A stretch of DNA of 64,000 bases, from positions 49,600,001 to 49,664,000 of the forward strand of contig NC_090345.1 in the NCBI RefSeq assembly GCF_035084215.1, given 5' to 3'. Position 1 is the stretch's first letter; every line of letters starts with the position of its first letter. The position numbers and the translations under genes were made by a program. This document shows positions 1-11,473 of the stretch, piece after piece. This DNA comes from Heptranchias perlo (taxonomy: Eukaryota). The notes under the pieces are model-generated. The model made no database searches, was not told where the DNA came from, and saw only the letters and a program-made list of their open reading frames with translations.

Positions 1-925
1 ATTTGAATTTATAATGTCTGGCTTGAAAGACCAGTTATTTGAATCCTGAGCAGTGGTGACACAGAATGTAAAGAAGTTGTGGGCAGGCTGTTGAGTGATT
101 GTGAAAGATTTCTGCCACTAGTTGATGAATCGGTAACAAGGAGACTCAAAGGATCATCATTAGAAGAATGAAGGAGGAAGTTAGAAAAAGGTTTTCACAC
201 ATTATCAGAACATGGAATGTTTTACCACAAGGGCCTATTGAGGTCGAGACTGTAACATTCTTTAGAAGGGAATTGAATAAGGAAGAATATAAAAGGATAC
301 AGAGAAACAGCAGGGAAATAGGAGTAGAGTTGAAGAACTAGGACTGGCATTGGGCAATAGGCCAAATGGCCTTGCTCCAGCCATCAAGGCATGGGGCAGG
401 GTTGATGGACCAGCTGGTCTTTTCCTCCCCGTCATTTTCGTATGTTGGTATGTTCCATAATTTCTACGATAATATGAGCAGCAGGTCTGGCATTTAGAAT
501 ATCCTGAGGGTAACCTGCTCAGGATACATCTGTAATTTCTTTAATGTGTCCTCCCATTTATACTGACAACAGATAGGACCTATTTTAACCAGACTCACAC
601 ATACAGTTCATCAGTGGTTGGCCTGTTTTAATTTGATATTTCGTTATTAATTTGTGCACAGTACACTATTGGGGATAACTTCTCATTAGACTGATAGGGG
701 ACAATATTAAGTGATTTTTAAGAAATTCATCTGTTTAACAAACAGCTACAATGTAAAAACTAATAATAAAGACCAGGATTTGGATTGATTCCAAATACTA
801 GGGGCAGCAGGTGATCTACACTTGGAGCTATTGCTGTCATTGATGATCGTAGAAACCTAGTTCCTCTCAGCAAGTCTACTTTTCTAATTGAATTTGCTCA
901 GCTGGAGTTCTTGGATATACTATAA

Positions 926-1023
926 ATAGAAATGGGCCATCAAACAGTCTCACATAGAAATGGGCCATCAAAGGTGCTATAGATATGGGCCATCAAAGGT
1001 GCTATAGATATGGGCCATCAAAC
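926..1023. repeat. Short tandem repeat, about 4 units of 25-28 bp
   Basis: The core ataga(a/t)atgggccatcaaa occurs four times in direct tandem. Confidence 0.85.
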
Positions 1024-1229
1024 TTGTTCACGTAGAAGCGGTGAATGCTATCCTGCAATATAGGAAGGATATTGAGCGGATGCAATGCAGATTAACCAGA
1101 GTGTTGCCTGGTATGAAGAAATACAAATATGAAGAAAGATTTGAAAGATGTCCATGTATTTCTGTGTTTGCTCTCCCCCCCCCTCCCCCAGCGAGAGGCA
1201 GTCCCAGTGCCACTGTCATACATTGGTAT

Positions 1230-1397
1230 TCATGATGTGGAGATGCCGGTGATGGACTGGGGTTGACAATTGTAAACAATTTTACAACACCAAGTTATAG
1301 TCCAGCAATTTTATTTTAAATTCACAAAATCTCCGAAAGCTTGTGAATTTAAAATAAAATTGCTGGACTATAACTTGGTGTTGTAAAATTGTTTACA
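1230..1397 (-). mobile_element. Miniature fold-back Penelope-like element (hairpin plus tail)
   Basis: Inverted arms 1269-1327 and 1341-1399 with a 13-nt spacer. The sequence matches the terminus of the 50838-54546 element. Flanked by the direct repeat atacattggtat (1218-1229 and 1398-1409). Confidence 0.88.
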
Positions 1398-3129
1398 ATA
1401 CATTGGTATGATAGTGTAGCATAGACATGACAAGACGCAACATCTCACAACTGTCACATTATCAAACAGAGATCCAAAGTTGTTAATTAAGAACAAAGGG
1501 ACAATTGTAATGTTATTTGTGAAATATGTTTATTCTGTTTTAAGTCACATTCCTGAAGGTCTCAGCAATGGAAGTATTGGAGCCTTGGAGATCTCTTTTA
1601 TCTCTGCATTTTACCTGCAATCAGTCGAGTGGTTCGGAGCCAAAACAGATATGGGTACGTCATCAGCTAAGTAATCACAGTGAGAGATTGTAACTAAGTT
1701 AGTGCCCACAGCCCCAGTTCTGGCTTCACTGCTTTGATCCTGGTGTCAGTGGGCAGACTGGGTCCCATCTCCAACATGCTGGGCTCAGGCATGAAGGGAG
1801 CCCCAATATAAAACCCAGTAAAGCTGGGCCCATGGGTCTGTCAAGGGAGACGGATTTAACAGCAGAAACTCCAACAGCCAACTCCCAGAATCCAAATTAA
1901 AAGACCAATAATAGAAGCTTGGAACGCTGATCGACATTAAACACATTTTGAGATTTCCAGGAAGGGTGATGAGCTGGGGAAACAATGACCCAAAAATGCA
2001 GCATGCTTTTAAGGAATCTTATAAACTTTTAATAGAAGCATGATCACAGAATTAAAGAATTTATAGCACAGAAAGAGGCCATTCAGCCCATGCCAGATCT
2101 TCAACTGGAGCTGTCTTCTTCAGTCCAATTTCACTGCCCTCTTCCCTTTACTGGGTTTTATATTGAGTCTCTGCCTCAATAGAGCCTTGTGATAAAACAT
2201 TACATGTTCTAATAACCCTCTGAAGATAGAAAGTAAAAAAAAGAAAGATAGGAAGGAAGAAAGACAGAACTAAGAAAGTAAAAGAAAAGGAGACGAAGAA
2301 AGAAAAAAAAACAATGAAAGGAAGGGTTTTGACACAGGAGAGATGATTCTCCACCACCCACCCTCACCCACCCCTCCCCAGGCTCTCTGCGTGTGGCTCC
2401 CAGCGGGGAGCGAGGCCCAGAGACAAGGCACTTACACCGGAGAGACAATTCTCCTTCCTGCAGGGAGAGTAGGATCGCTGAATTTAATCTAATGAAATGT
2501 TGTAAATTTGATTTGTTTTAAATGGACTGAAGTGCAAACACTACAATCAGTTCCTTCTCCCAAGCATCCTATAAATTCCTGATTCAACTTTGAAATTTCT
2601 GGCACTCGATGTATTTATTAGGGCCTCGGATGTTCCCAGTACTGCTCTGCGTGGTATGTGAGAACTTTAGTAAAGCCGCCTGAGAATCTTTTATAAACAT
2701 CATTATTTATTGTCACTCCAACAACAATGTAACATTTTAATATCTGCTCCTGTGTGTTTGATCACTTACCTTGCTTCACTTGGGGACAGGTGATATCTTG
2801 CTCATTACTTTAGTTGACAAGATGTCAATTCTCAATCAATATTGATTCCAAATCCATTTCAGCATCACGTTTCAAATGGAATTTTAATTAGGTCTGATCA
2901 AAGGCACGATAATTTTTCAAGAAAACTTCAAACTTTCCAGAATTTTATAAAGATAGAAATGTGTATCTTTGACAAATAAAAGGCAAAGAGCTGCCTTCAA
3001 ATGCCTGGGTCTAAAAGTACAAAAATATGCCTTCATATCTAATACAAAAAACAGACAACACTGGAAGCACACAGCAAGTTAGTCAAGAGACAATACAAGT
3101 CAACTGTTCAGGAGTTTATGCTTCATTAT

Positions 3130-4095
3130 CCTTTTTCGTATATACTAATGACCTGGACTTGGGTATACAGGGTATAATTTCAAAGTTTGCAGATGACACA
3201 AAACTGCAGTAAACAATGTGGAGGATAGTAACAGACTTCAGGAGGATGTAGACAGATTGGTGAAATGAGCAGACACATGGTAGATGAAATTTAATGCAGG
3301 GAAGTGTGAAGTGATACATTTTGGTCGGAAGAATGAGGAGAGGCAATATAAACTAAATGGTACAATTTTAAAGGGAGTGCAGGTACAGGGAGACCAGGGG
3401 GTGTTTGTACACAAATTTTTGAAGGTGGCAGGACAAGTTGAGAAGGCTGTTAAAAAAGCACGAGGGATCCTTGGTTTTATTGATAGAGGCATAGAGTACA
3501 AAAACAAGGAAGTTATGCTAAACCTTTATAAAACACTGGTTAGGTCTCAGCTGGAGTATTGTGTTTAATTCTGGGCACCACACTTTAGGAAAAATGTCAA
3601 GGCCTTAGAGAGGGTGCAGGAGAGATTTACTAGAATGGTACCAGGGATGAGGGACTTTAGTTATGTAAAGAGACCGGAGAAGCTGGGGTTGTTTTCCTTA
3701 GAGCAGAAAAGGTTAAGAGGAGATTTGATAGAGGTGTTCAAAATCATTAACGGTTTTAATGGAGTAAATAAGGAGAAACAGTTTCCAGTGGAAGAAGGGT
3801 CGGTAATCAGAGGACACAGATTTAAGGTGATCGGCAAAAGAACCAGAGGCGACATGAGGAAACATTTTTTTTAACACAACGAGTTGTTATGATCTAGAAT
3901 GCACTGCCTGAAAGGGCGGTGGAAGCAGATTCAATAATAACTTTCAAAAGGGAATTTGATAAATACTTGAAGGGAAAAAAATTACAGGGCTATGGGGAAA
4001 GAGCAGGGGAATGGGACTAATTGGATAGCTCTTTCAAAGAGCCGGCACAGGCACGATGGGTCGAATGTCCTCCTTTTGTGCTGTACCTATAATAC
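3130..4095 (+). mobile_element. CR1 LINE 3' fragment (degenerate RT C-terminus and 3'UTR)
   Basis: Broken frames read NDLD..ISKFADDTKL, KFNAGKCEVIHFG, LYKTLVRSQLEYC and RLRGDLIEVFKI, typical of the CR1 ORF2 C-terminus. Stops and frameshifts are present. Confidence 0.9.
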
Positions 4096-4410
4096 TATGA
4101 TTAGTAATCAATTTAGTCAGGTTGGAAAATTGGGGAAAAGGGCAAGGGAGAAACAATACATACTTCAATCAGTGTTTTTGTTTAGCAGAATACAGTGAGC
4201 TGATGGAGATTAAAAAACGTGCAAAAGATTTTGCAGTCTCGTGACCAGATAACTCACACTTATTCTGCTGTGAATTCTACAGTCATAAATTAAGAGTACT
4301 GATAGCATGACAGAATTTATAGGGACAGGAGTAGGCCATTCAGCCCCTCGAGCCTGTTCTGCTATTCAGGCCTGATCTGTACCTCAACTCCATCATTTAT
4401 TTCTTGTTAG

Positions 4411-4617
4411 CATATAATGGTCACTCTATGGGTAGATGGGGTACAGGCTAGGGAAGGTAGAGCCATTTCATATAATGATCACTCCACGAATAGATAGGGT
4501 ACAGGCTGGAGAAGGTACAGCCATCTCATATAATGGTCACTCTATGGGTAGATGGGGTACAGGCTGGGGAAGGTAGAGTCATCTCATATAATGACCACTC
4601 TATGGGTAGATGGGGTA
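4411..4617. repeat. Minisatellite, about 3.5 copies of a 58-59 bp unit
   Basis: catataatg(g/a)tcactctatgggtagatggggtacaggct...gaaggtagagccat repeated in tandem. Confidence 0.85.
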
Positions 4618-4794
4618 CTTCTACAACGTGACTCAGCCCAACCTCTGGAGAGCACTCCTACTGCATTTCTTTTTTCACAGAGGCTCAATTACTGGATGGA
4701 TCAGGACCCCCTCCCCCTAGGGTCTATACATGCTCAGACTTCTGCTTTGATTCATAGTAGACCTGCCCATCAATTTAGTCTAAAACTAAAAGTT

Positions 4795-4980
4795 TTAGAA
4801 ATAACTTTACCACATCTATCAAGACATCCCAAATGTTTTACATCCAATGAATATCTTTCAAGTGCAGCCTCTGTTGCTATGTAGACAGTAATTTGCACAT
4901 AGCAAGAACCCACAAGCAGCAAATGAAATGAGTGACCAGATCTGTTGGTTGAGGGTAAATCATTGGCCAGGATAGCTCTT
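4795..4980 (-). mobile_element. Deu-domain SINE 3' fragment
   Basis: Degenerate reverse complement of the SINE tail seen at 17550-17760 and 34900-35050. Confidence 0.5.
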
Positions 4981-5474
4981 CACCCTTTTCAGTTACATGG
5001 GATGTTTAACGTCTACCATGTCTTAGTTAAGGACAGCATCTAACACATTGGGCAATGTATAGCCATTTTATATAATGACCTCTCCATCAGCAGGTAGGAT
5101 ACAGTTACATGAAAATTGATTCACAATAAGGCATAAATTCACAAACATATCCTTCACTTGCTCTGTTGTAACTTGCAGACTGTCCCATGTTAGGAGTTGG
5201 ATCTACCCTTCACTAAACAACTGGGCTCCCCTGGGTCTGTACTATGCGTCACTTTTAACAGAAAAGAGCCCTGTTTTATAAGAAATTCCACTCAATCCAC
5301 AGATGTTAAAGATGTACAGATATCTTAACCAATACTCCTATATTGAGAACATTAGCTTTCCAACAGTCTATGATGCAAAAGTAACCCCTTGTCTGTTATA
5401 GGAGTTTGAATGATATCCACGCTCCATTTCAATCCTTTCTCAAATGATTTCGAAGTGATTCTGCTGATCATATC

Positions 5475-5905
5475 CTAATCTGCACCAAATCCTGTTCACC
5501 CATCACCTCTGAGCTTGTTGGCTCCTGGTCCACTAATGCCTCGATTTTAAAATACTTGTCCTTGTGTTCAAATCCCTCAATGGCCTCGCTGCTCCCCATC
5601 TCTGCAACCTCCTCCAGCCCTACAATGCTCCATGAACTCTGCATTACTCCAACTACCTTCGCCCTACCATTGGCGGCCGTGCCTTCATCCGTCTAGGCCC
5701 TAAGCTCAGGAATTCCCTTGGTAAACCTCTCCAACTCTCTCTCCTCCTTTAAGATGATCCTTAAAACCTATCTCTTCCACCAAACTTTTGGTCACCTGTC
5801 TTTCTTTAGCTCTGTGAAAATTTTTGTCTGATTACGCTTCTGTGAAGCACCTTAGGACATTTTCCTACGTTAAAGGCGCTATATAAATGCAAGTTGTTGT
5901 TGTTG
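5475..5905 (+). mobile_element. L2-type LINE 3' end
   Basis: Degraded L2 ORF2 tail (tcacccatcacc...ttttaaaat...ccttaaaacctatctc) ending in ggcgctatataaatgcaa(gtt)n. Homologous to 26620-27305 and 37740-38600. Confidence 0.8.
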
Positions 5906-6515
5906 GCAGTATTAGAAGGGGGTTGGAGTACAAGAGTAAGGAAGTCTTGCTACAATTGTACAGGGCTTTGGTGGGACCACACCTGGAGTACTGTGTACAG
6001 TTTTGGTCTCCTTATCTAAGAAAGGATATACTTGCCTTAGAGGTGGTGGAACGAAGGTTCACTAGATTGATTCCTGGGATGAGAGGGTTGTCCTATGAGG
6101 AGAGATTGAGTAGAATGGGCCTATACTCTCTGAAATTTAGAAGAATGAGAGGTGATCTCGTTGAAACACATAAAATTCTGAGGGGGTTTCACAGGGTAGA
6201 TGGCTGGAGAGTCTAGAACTAGGGGACATAGTCTCAGAATAAGGGGTTGGCCATTTAAGACTGAGATGAGGAGGAATTTCTTCACTCAGAGGGTTGTGAA
6301 TCTTTGGAATTCTCTACCCAGAGGTCTGTGGATGCTCAGTCGTTGAGCATATTCAAGGCTGAGATGGATAGATTTTTGACTCTAGGGGAATCAAGTGATA
6401 TGGGGATCGGGCGGGAGTGTGGTGTTGAGTTCGAAGACCAGCCATGATCTTATTGAATGGCGGAGCAGGCTCGAGGAGCCAAATGATCTACTGCTGCTCC
6501 TATTTCTTATGTTCT
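5906..6515 (+). mobile_element. CR1 LINE 3' end
   Basis: LEYKSKEVLLQLYRALV.PHLEYCVQFWSPY, followed by a CR1 3'UTR ending ttcttatgttct. Confidence 0.9.
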
Positions 6516-7775
6516 TTCTTAGAGGATATTCCTGTTGCACCAAATCCCACCCAGACTCTGCAGGGAGATACTGTTGGGCCTATGTAGCTAATCTGCGGAG
6601 AGGGAGCACTTCGCATAAGACAACAACTTCCGCTGAATGCCACTTTACAGCTGAAGATTAATCACAGGCTGTGTTTGTACCAAAACAATATGCAATGGTT
6701 TAAACCAACCCGCAAGAAATCAATGTCAGTGTTGGTTGATTTCACCAGGAGGTAACTCAGTCAGAAGTCCTTTTGTTGGGCCTAAGAATGTAAGAGTCAA
6801 ACGAAAGGTTACCCAAAATACTCAGCTTATTACTAGGTATTTAAGCTTTCGAGAAGATCATTTATAAGATGAATGGTGCAGACTTTTCTCCACACAATGT
6901 ATATCTGACCTAGTGAGGGCAGGGAAATGGGCAGCTAGCACCGACACAGGTCTGGTCGACCAATTGGCCTCCTCTCGTGCTGTAATGTCTAGGATTCTGT
7001 TCTTCCCAATGGTGAATAATATATTCGTATAACTCACTGTCAAAGAAGTTGTTTCTGTCAAACAACTACTATGTTTAAATACACTTACTAGATTACTATG
7101 TTAGATCATTCAAAAAACAGCAGCATTTCGCAAATTAATATTTCCTCAAATACCCTCACAAAATGAAAATGACACAAAATACAGCAAATCATTTTATAAT
7201 AAATGGTGTAAATGTTAACAGAGTGGAACTATACATTACAGTGAGTTACTCATTTTTCATTTAGTAAATTCTCTCTAACAGATTAGTGCTGCATATTTTC
7301 AACTTGTTTCAATTGTATACAAAGAACATGTTTCATACAGAAAGCAGAAAAACTAACATGGTATGGGCTGGATGGCAGATAAATGGAGCAACATTTCAGT
7401 AAATGAAACCTATATACTAAATGGTGCTAACTAGTAAACTAAATAAACCTAACATTGAAATGTGTTTATTTTATGATACAATCTAAGGTTTCAGGGTATG
7501 TATAATTTACTTTATGACATAATCTAAGACTGGGGATTGATGTATAATTTATTTTATGATATAATCTGCAATGGGTGAGTGATGTATAATTTTGCTCACT
7601 ATATATCACTAATTTTAAAAGCAACTAAAGAAATTACACAAACTTTAACACTGAACAGGCCAAAGTAATGACAAATACAAAGTTTATCTGTAAAATTCCA
7701 AATTGCAAGATTTCTTCCTTAGCATATTCTGATGTGCTCTTAGCCTGTTTAACCGGAGTGATGTCCAGTTCCTAA

Positions 7776-8903
7776 TTACACATTATTCCGACAGCTCAGT
7801 CGCAGAGACGTCTTAGAAAGTTCTGTATTCATGGTGGACAATGGAAAGTCCTCACAGTCCTGCTCCTGACTGTTCCATTTACAGTACACAATGATGGCCC
7901 TCAGTTCCTTTTTGAAGTTATTGTTCAGGAAGCCGTAGATGATAGGATTAACACAAGTGGAAGCCATTCCTGCCAGGTGGCACAGGGAAAAGATGAGATT
8001 GTGGTGACAATGCATCACTGCTTCCAGATCCCAGTCTGTGATGGCATTGAATACATTCAATGGTAGCCAGCAGAGGCCAAACCCGACAACCAGGGACCCA
8101 AGCATCAGGTTTATCCTTCTGCTGTTTGTCAGTCTGCGATTATCCTCACTGGCTCTGTCCAACAAGTCCTTCCTTTTCCTTAGTCTCTTGTATATCCTGC
8201 TATAACATATTGCAATGAAGACAAGGGGCACACAGTACTGAAAGGCAAGGAGCCATGTCGTGTAGACCAGTTTCTGCTCCCTGGATGGCCATGACTCCAT
8301 GCAAATGGCTTCATTGGCCAGCGGTGCGATGGAAACAGGAAGGTCCCTGAAAGGTTCGTCTGTTAAAACATGAAAAGCCACAAAGGGCAAGGAGATAAAG
8401 CAGGCCAGCATCCAGATGACCAGTACTGCCAGATAGGCTTGGGGGATGCTTGGCTTCCAACCTGTAGGGTTTATAATGAGTTGATGCCTTTGCAGAGCGA
8501 TTATGACCAAAGAGAGAATGGACACCGTCACTGACATACACTGAATGAAGGGGACCATCTTACACAAGACTTCACCAAAGATCCAATAGTCCATAAGGGT
8601 ATAGACTACTGTAAAAGGGAGACAGAAGACACAGATCATGATATCTGAGAAGGACAGGTTGGCAATGAGCATGTTGGTCACATTAGTTTTCTCCTTCTGC
8701 TTTGCTATCACACAAATTAAGCAGATATTTCCCAGTAAACCAACTGCCATCACGGCACAGTAAGAGGCCACAAGAAAGCCGGTAAGTGTGGCTGAGGTTG
8801 GGCAGGAATTCCCAAAATCAGGAATGTCCCAGTCTGAGACATTGAAGGGAATGGAGTAATTAGCATATCGGAGATTGGGACCATCTTCCATGGCAAAGAG
8901 CAT
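7776..8903 (-). CDS. NPY4R: Neuropeptide Y receptor, Y1 subfamily, most like Y4 (375 aa, single coding exon)
   Basis: Seven hydrophobic segments. Motifs GN (TM1), NLSFSD (TM2), MDYWIFGE.LCK, RHQLIINPTGWKPS, CWLP (TM6), STCVNPIIYGFLN (TM7) and C-terminal PLSTMNTELSKTSLRL all resemble Y4. A second in-frame ATG (GCCATGG, 8891) has the stronger Kozak context. Y8 cannot be fully excluded without a tree. Confidence 0.88.
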   Translation of the reverse strand: MLFAMEDGPNLRYANYSIPFNVSDWDIPDFGNSCPTSATLTGFLVASYCAVMAVGLLGNICLICVIAKQKEKTNVTNMLIANLSFSDIMICVFCLPFTVVYTLMDYWIFGEVLCKMVPFIQCMSVTVSILSLVIIALQRHQLIINPTGWKPSIPQAYLAVLVIWMLACFISLPFVAFHVLTDEPFRDLPVSIAPLANEAICMESWPSREQKLVYTTWLLAFQYCVPLVFIAICYSRIYKRLRKRKDLLDRASEDNRRLTNSRRINLMLGSLVVGFGLCWLPLNVFNAITDWDLEAVMHCHHNLIFSLCHLAGMASTCVNPIIYGFLNNNFKKELRAIIVYCKWNSQEQDCEDFPLSTMNTELSKTSLRLSCRNNV

Positions 8904-8926
8904 TGTTCCTTCTATCCAAAGTTACC

Positions 8927-8968
8927 TTACTCGCAAATGCAGGAGGAGGTTTGAAGGTTGGAGAACAT
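8927..8968 (-). promoter_or_regulatory. uORF2 in NPY4R 5'UTR (MFSNLQTSSCICE*)
   Basis: CAGCCATGT start context; TAA ends about 24 nt upstream of the main ATG. Confidence 0.55.
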
Positions 8969-8978
8969 GGCTGTCACT

Positions 8979-9023
8979 TTAAGACAGACACAAGACGGTG
9001 AGAAAGTGGAATGTTGACAACAT
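8979..9023 (-). promoter_or_regulatory. uORF1 in NPY4R 5'UTR (MLSTFHFLTVLCLS*)
   Basis: CAGCCATGT start context 15 nt downstream of the predicted splice acceptor at 9039-9040. Confidence 0.55.
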
Positions 9024-9038
9024 GGCTGATAGAAAAAT

Positions 9039-9417
9039 CTGTGGGGGGAAATCAAAATATATAGATATTAGTTGTAAGAACAATTGAATTAGGTGAGAGA
9101 CCCTGAGTTAAGTATAGCAGATTCCACATCTTGTACTCGCTTCTACTCCGAATTATTGCAGGTTTTCCATCCCAGGTGTATGCAGGGATTGAGTGCGGAA
9201 AGTGAGCGAAGCTGTTAGAAATCCTTTGTTGGGGTGTGGTTACTGTATAACACTTAGTCCTGCTCCTGGTGTAGATCATACTGTAACCCCACGGGGTGAT
9301 AACTGCGGTATTAATTATTAACCCGATCTGAGAAAATCGCTTTTGAATTTGATCACACGAGCGGCGCAGGATCAGATCTATCTTAGTACGATCAGACCTT
9401 TAGTAGGTGTCTCTTAC
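9039..9417 (-). other. Predicted 5'UTR intron of NPY4R
   Basis: Minus-strand donor CAG|GTAAGA at 9418/9417 and acceptor ttccccccacag| at 9039/9038. Confidence 0.6.
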
Positions 9418-9700
9418 CTGTAACACACACACATGTCCTCGTTTCCTCACACGGTCCAGTTTGGGGTTTGGAGCTCACAATATTCAATTCTCGTTCTTTA
9501 CAGAAGCTGCTGAGGGCGGGATGCACACGGTTGGGGCAGAAGGGACTTGGTTTAGATGCTGTATGGAGCGCTGTTCAAATAATCTTCGATCGACAGGCTC
9601 CGGCTGGATGTGTGAGAGGAGACCCAGTGCGATCAGCCGCTAAACACGACCGCCCTCTCTCGAGGGATGTTAGAGAAAAACTTTAACCTTTACTGCAGAA
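9418..9700 (-). promoter_or_regulatory. Probable non-coding upstream exon and CpG-enriched promoter region of NPY4R
   Basis: CpG density is visibly higher than in the flanks, the sequence is not repeat-like, and it ends at a consensus donor. The upstream limit is approximate. Confidence 0.4.
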
Positions 9701-10089
9701 TCAGCCATCCCATAGACAGAACCTGGTCTCGCCTTACACAAGTTCCCATTTCCATTGACCTTATAACCTGCATTTAGTTTTTGCGTTTTTCTGAGCGTCT
9801 CCAACACTAACAATTCAGGTAACAAAACTTTTCCACGTGTAGTTTTTGTAACCAAACCCTGCATTTTGCACGGTTCCTCTCCACAAGCTGGACTGAGATG
9901 GGTAAATAAGAAGGCTCCTGCCAGTTAACTCTGAAAGGGACTAAACAAAAACATAAAAACTTGTCTTTAAAAAAAAGTTTTGTTAAAGCAGCCGTTTTTA
10001 TCCCGTGATGAGCATCTAAGCAATTATTTATTAACTTGGTTCCATCGTTTCATTCTGGTACAAATCCTTTCAAATGTAATAAGGAGTGT

Positions 10090-10580
10090 AATTTTTGTAT
10101 TAAACAACCAAAAGCAGGCTGATCAAATCTAGGAAGACCTGGATAGAAATATTTAAAAAGCTGGATAGATTGCGAAGCTGGGCTAGTGAGTGGCGGATGT
10201 CGTTTAACGTGAACTACTACAAAATCATGAAATTGGGAATGTTAATAAACAGTGGCAACATAAGGTAAATTGGATTAATCTATAGTACATGATAAAAGAG
10301 GGATTGGGGTTACTGGTGGATCGAGCACCGAATCTATTAGCACAGTGTGCGGCAGCGGGAAACAGCAGAGAGCATCTTGGGTTGTGTAGTCAGAACGATA
10401 GAACTCGGATCTGAGGACGTGATTTGAGTTTGTACAGAGCGCTAGTCCGGTCCCACCGGGAGCACGAAGGGAGGTCAGGGCCAGAATGGAAAAGTTGAAA
10501 AAAAATCAATCATCTTTGGTGTCCGCAGTGTAGAGGAGACTGTACTGTGAGCAGCGAGTACAGTGTAGTAGGTTGGAGGA
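10090..10580 (+). mobile_element. Old, degraded CR1 fragment
   Basis: Residual similarity to the CR1 RT C-terminal region (gagtggcggatgtcgtttaacgt..., tttgtacagagcgctagtccggtcccacc). Confidence 0.5.
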
Positions 10581-11473
10581 TGTACATGTAAATAGCTGTC
10601 TCACCCAGCAGTAGTGTTTGGGCCCCTAGTGAAACAACTTCCCTGCAACCACATTCTTAATTTTTAGCTCAGATTTCCAACGTGTCATTTTTTTTTACAA
10701 AATGTAGGAAAAGAGGACAAGTAAACATCATCAGTCCCATCAAACCAACTCATCCAGTCAGTGGTACGACCGAACACCCTTCCCCTCACAAACCCCCATT
10801 CACCCTCCCCTTCACGCCATTCAACCATAAAAACTGTAAATTTAGCTTTGCTAAGCTGTATTGCAATCTTGGACACACAAGTGTATCTCAACATCTGAAC
10901 CTAAAGAACCAAAGCTGGGAATTTGTTCAGGGTTTCTCCTGATCAATCACTGTAACCCCATTTACAGTGTATCCAGGATCGCCATTGAGCTTCAGCCAAA
11001 GTTACGGCAGCCAATTGAAAACGCCCTCTGAGGAAATTCCCAACGATTGATTGTAATTCTCGTTACTTGAACCTGTGGTGGCATTAGTTGTGTTCTAATA
11101 GATGTTTCAATAAAGCAGTGTTAGTGGATGCACTTGTGTGTCTGACCTCATCTGTGGTACTTGGCAAGTAGGGGTATTGCAATCGGTATCCTACTGTTTT
11201 CCAGTTGTGATTGGTTGCACTTGTGTAACTGTTAATACAGTGAGGACTGAGTGATGTAAGATGGTTCAAAGGTGAGCTAGCTTGGCATTTTATAAACCTT
11301 AGACATGAATGGTAAATATCTAACCAAAAGCTCTGATGTGAAGTTGTAGAACATGGGAAAAGATTCATCTAACATCCCATAATTTATGCACCTTACATAT
11401 TGTATAGATTTACCGTTCACTTAACCTTACGCCTTGCTGTGTCTGGGTAGCTTCCTCTTCAGGGACCCCTATG

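Noticed and set aside
926-1023. Repeats with short variable gaps, superficially CRISPR-like
   Set aside because: The gaps are 6-9 nt and partly identical, the context is eukaryotic, and there are no cas genes. It is a simple tandem repeat.
1616-1667. Possible 52-nt minus-strand exon (ttag|...CAG|GTAAAA)
   Set aside because: Weak polypyrimidine tract and no recognisable peptide in any frame.
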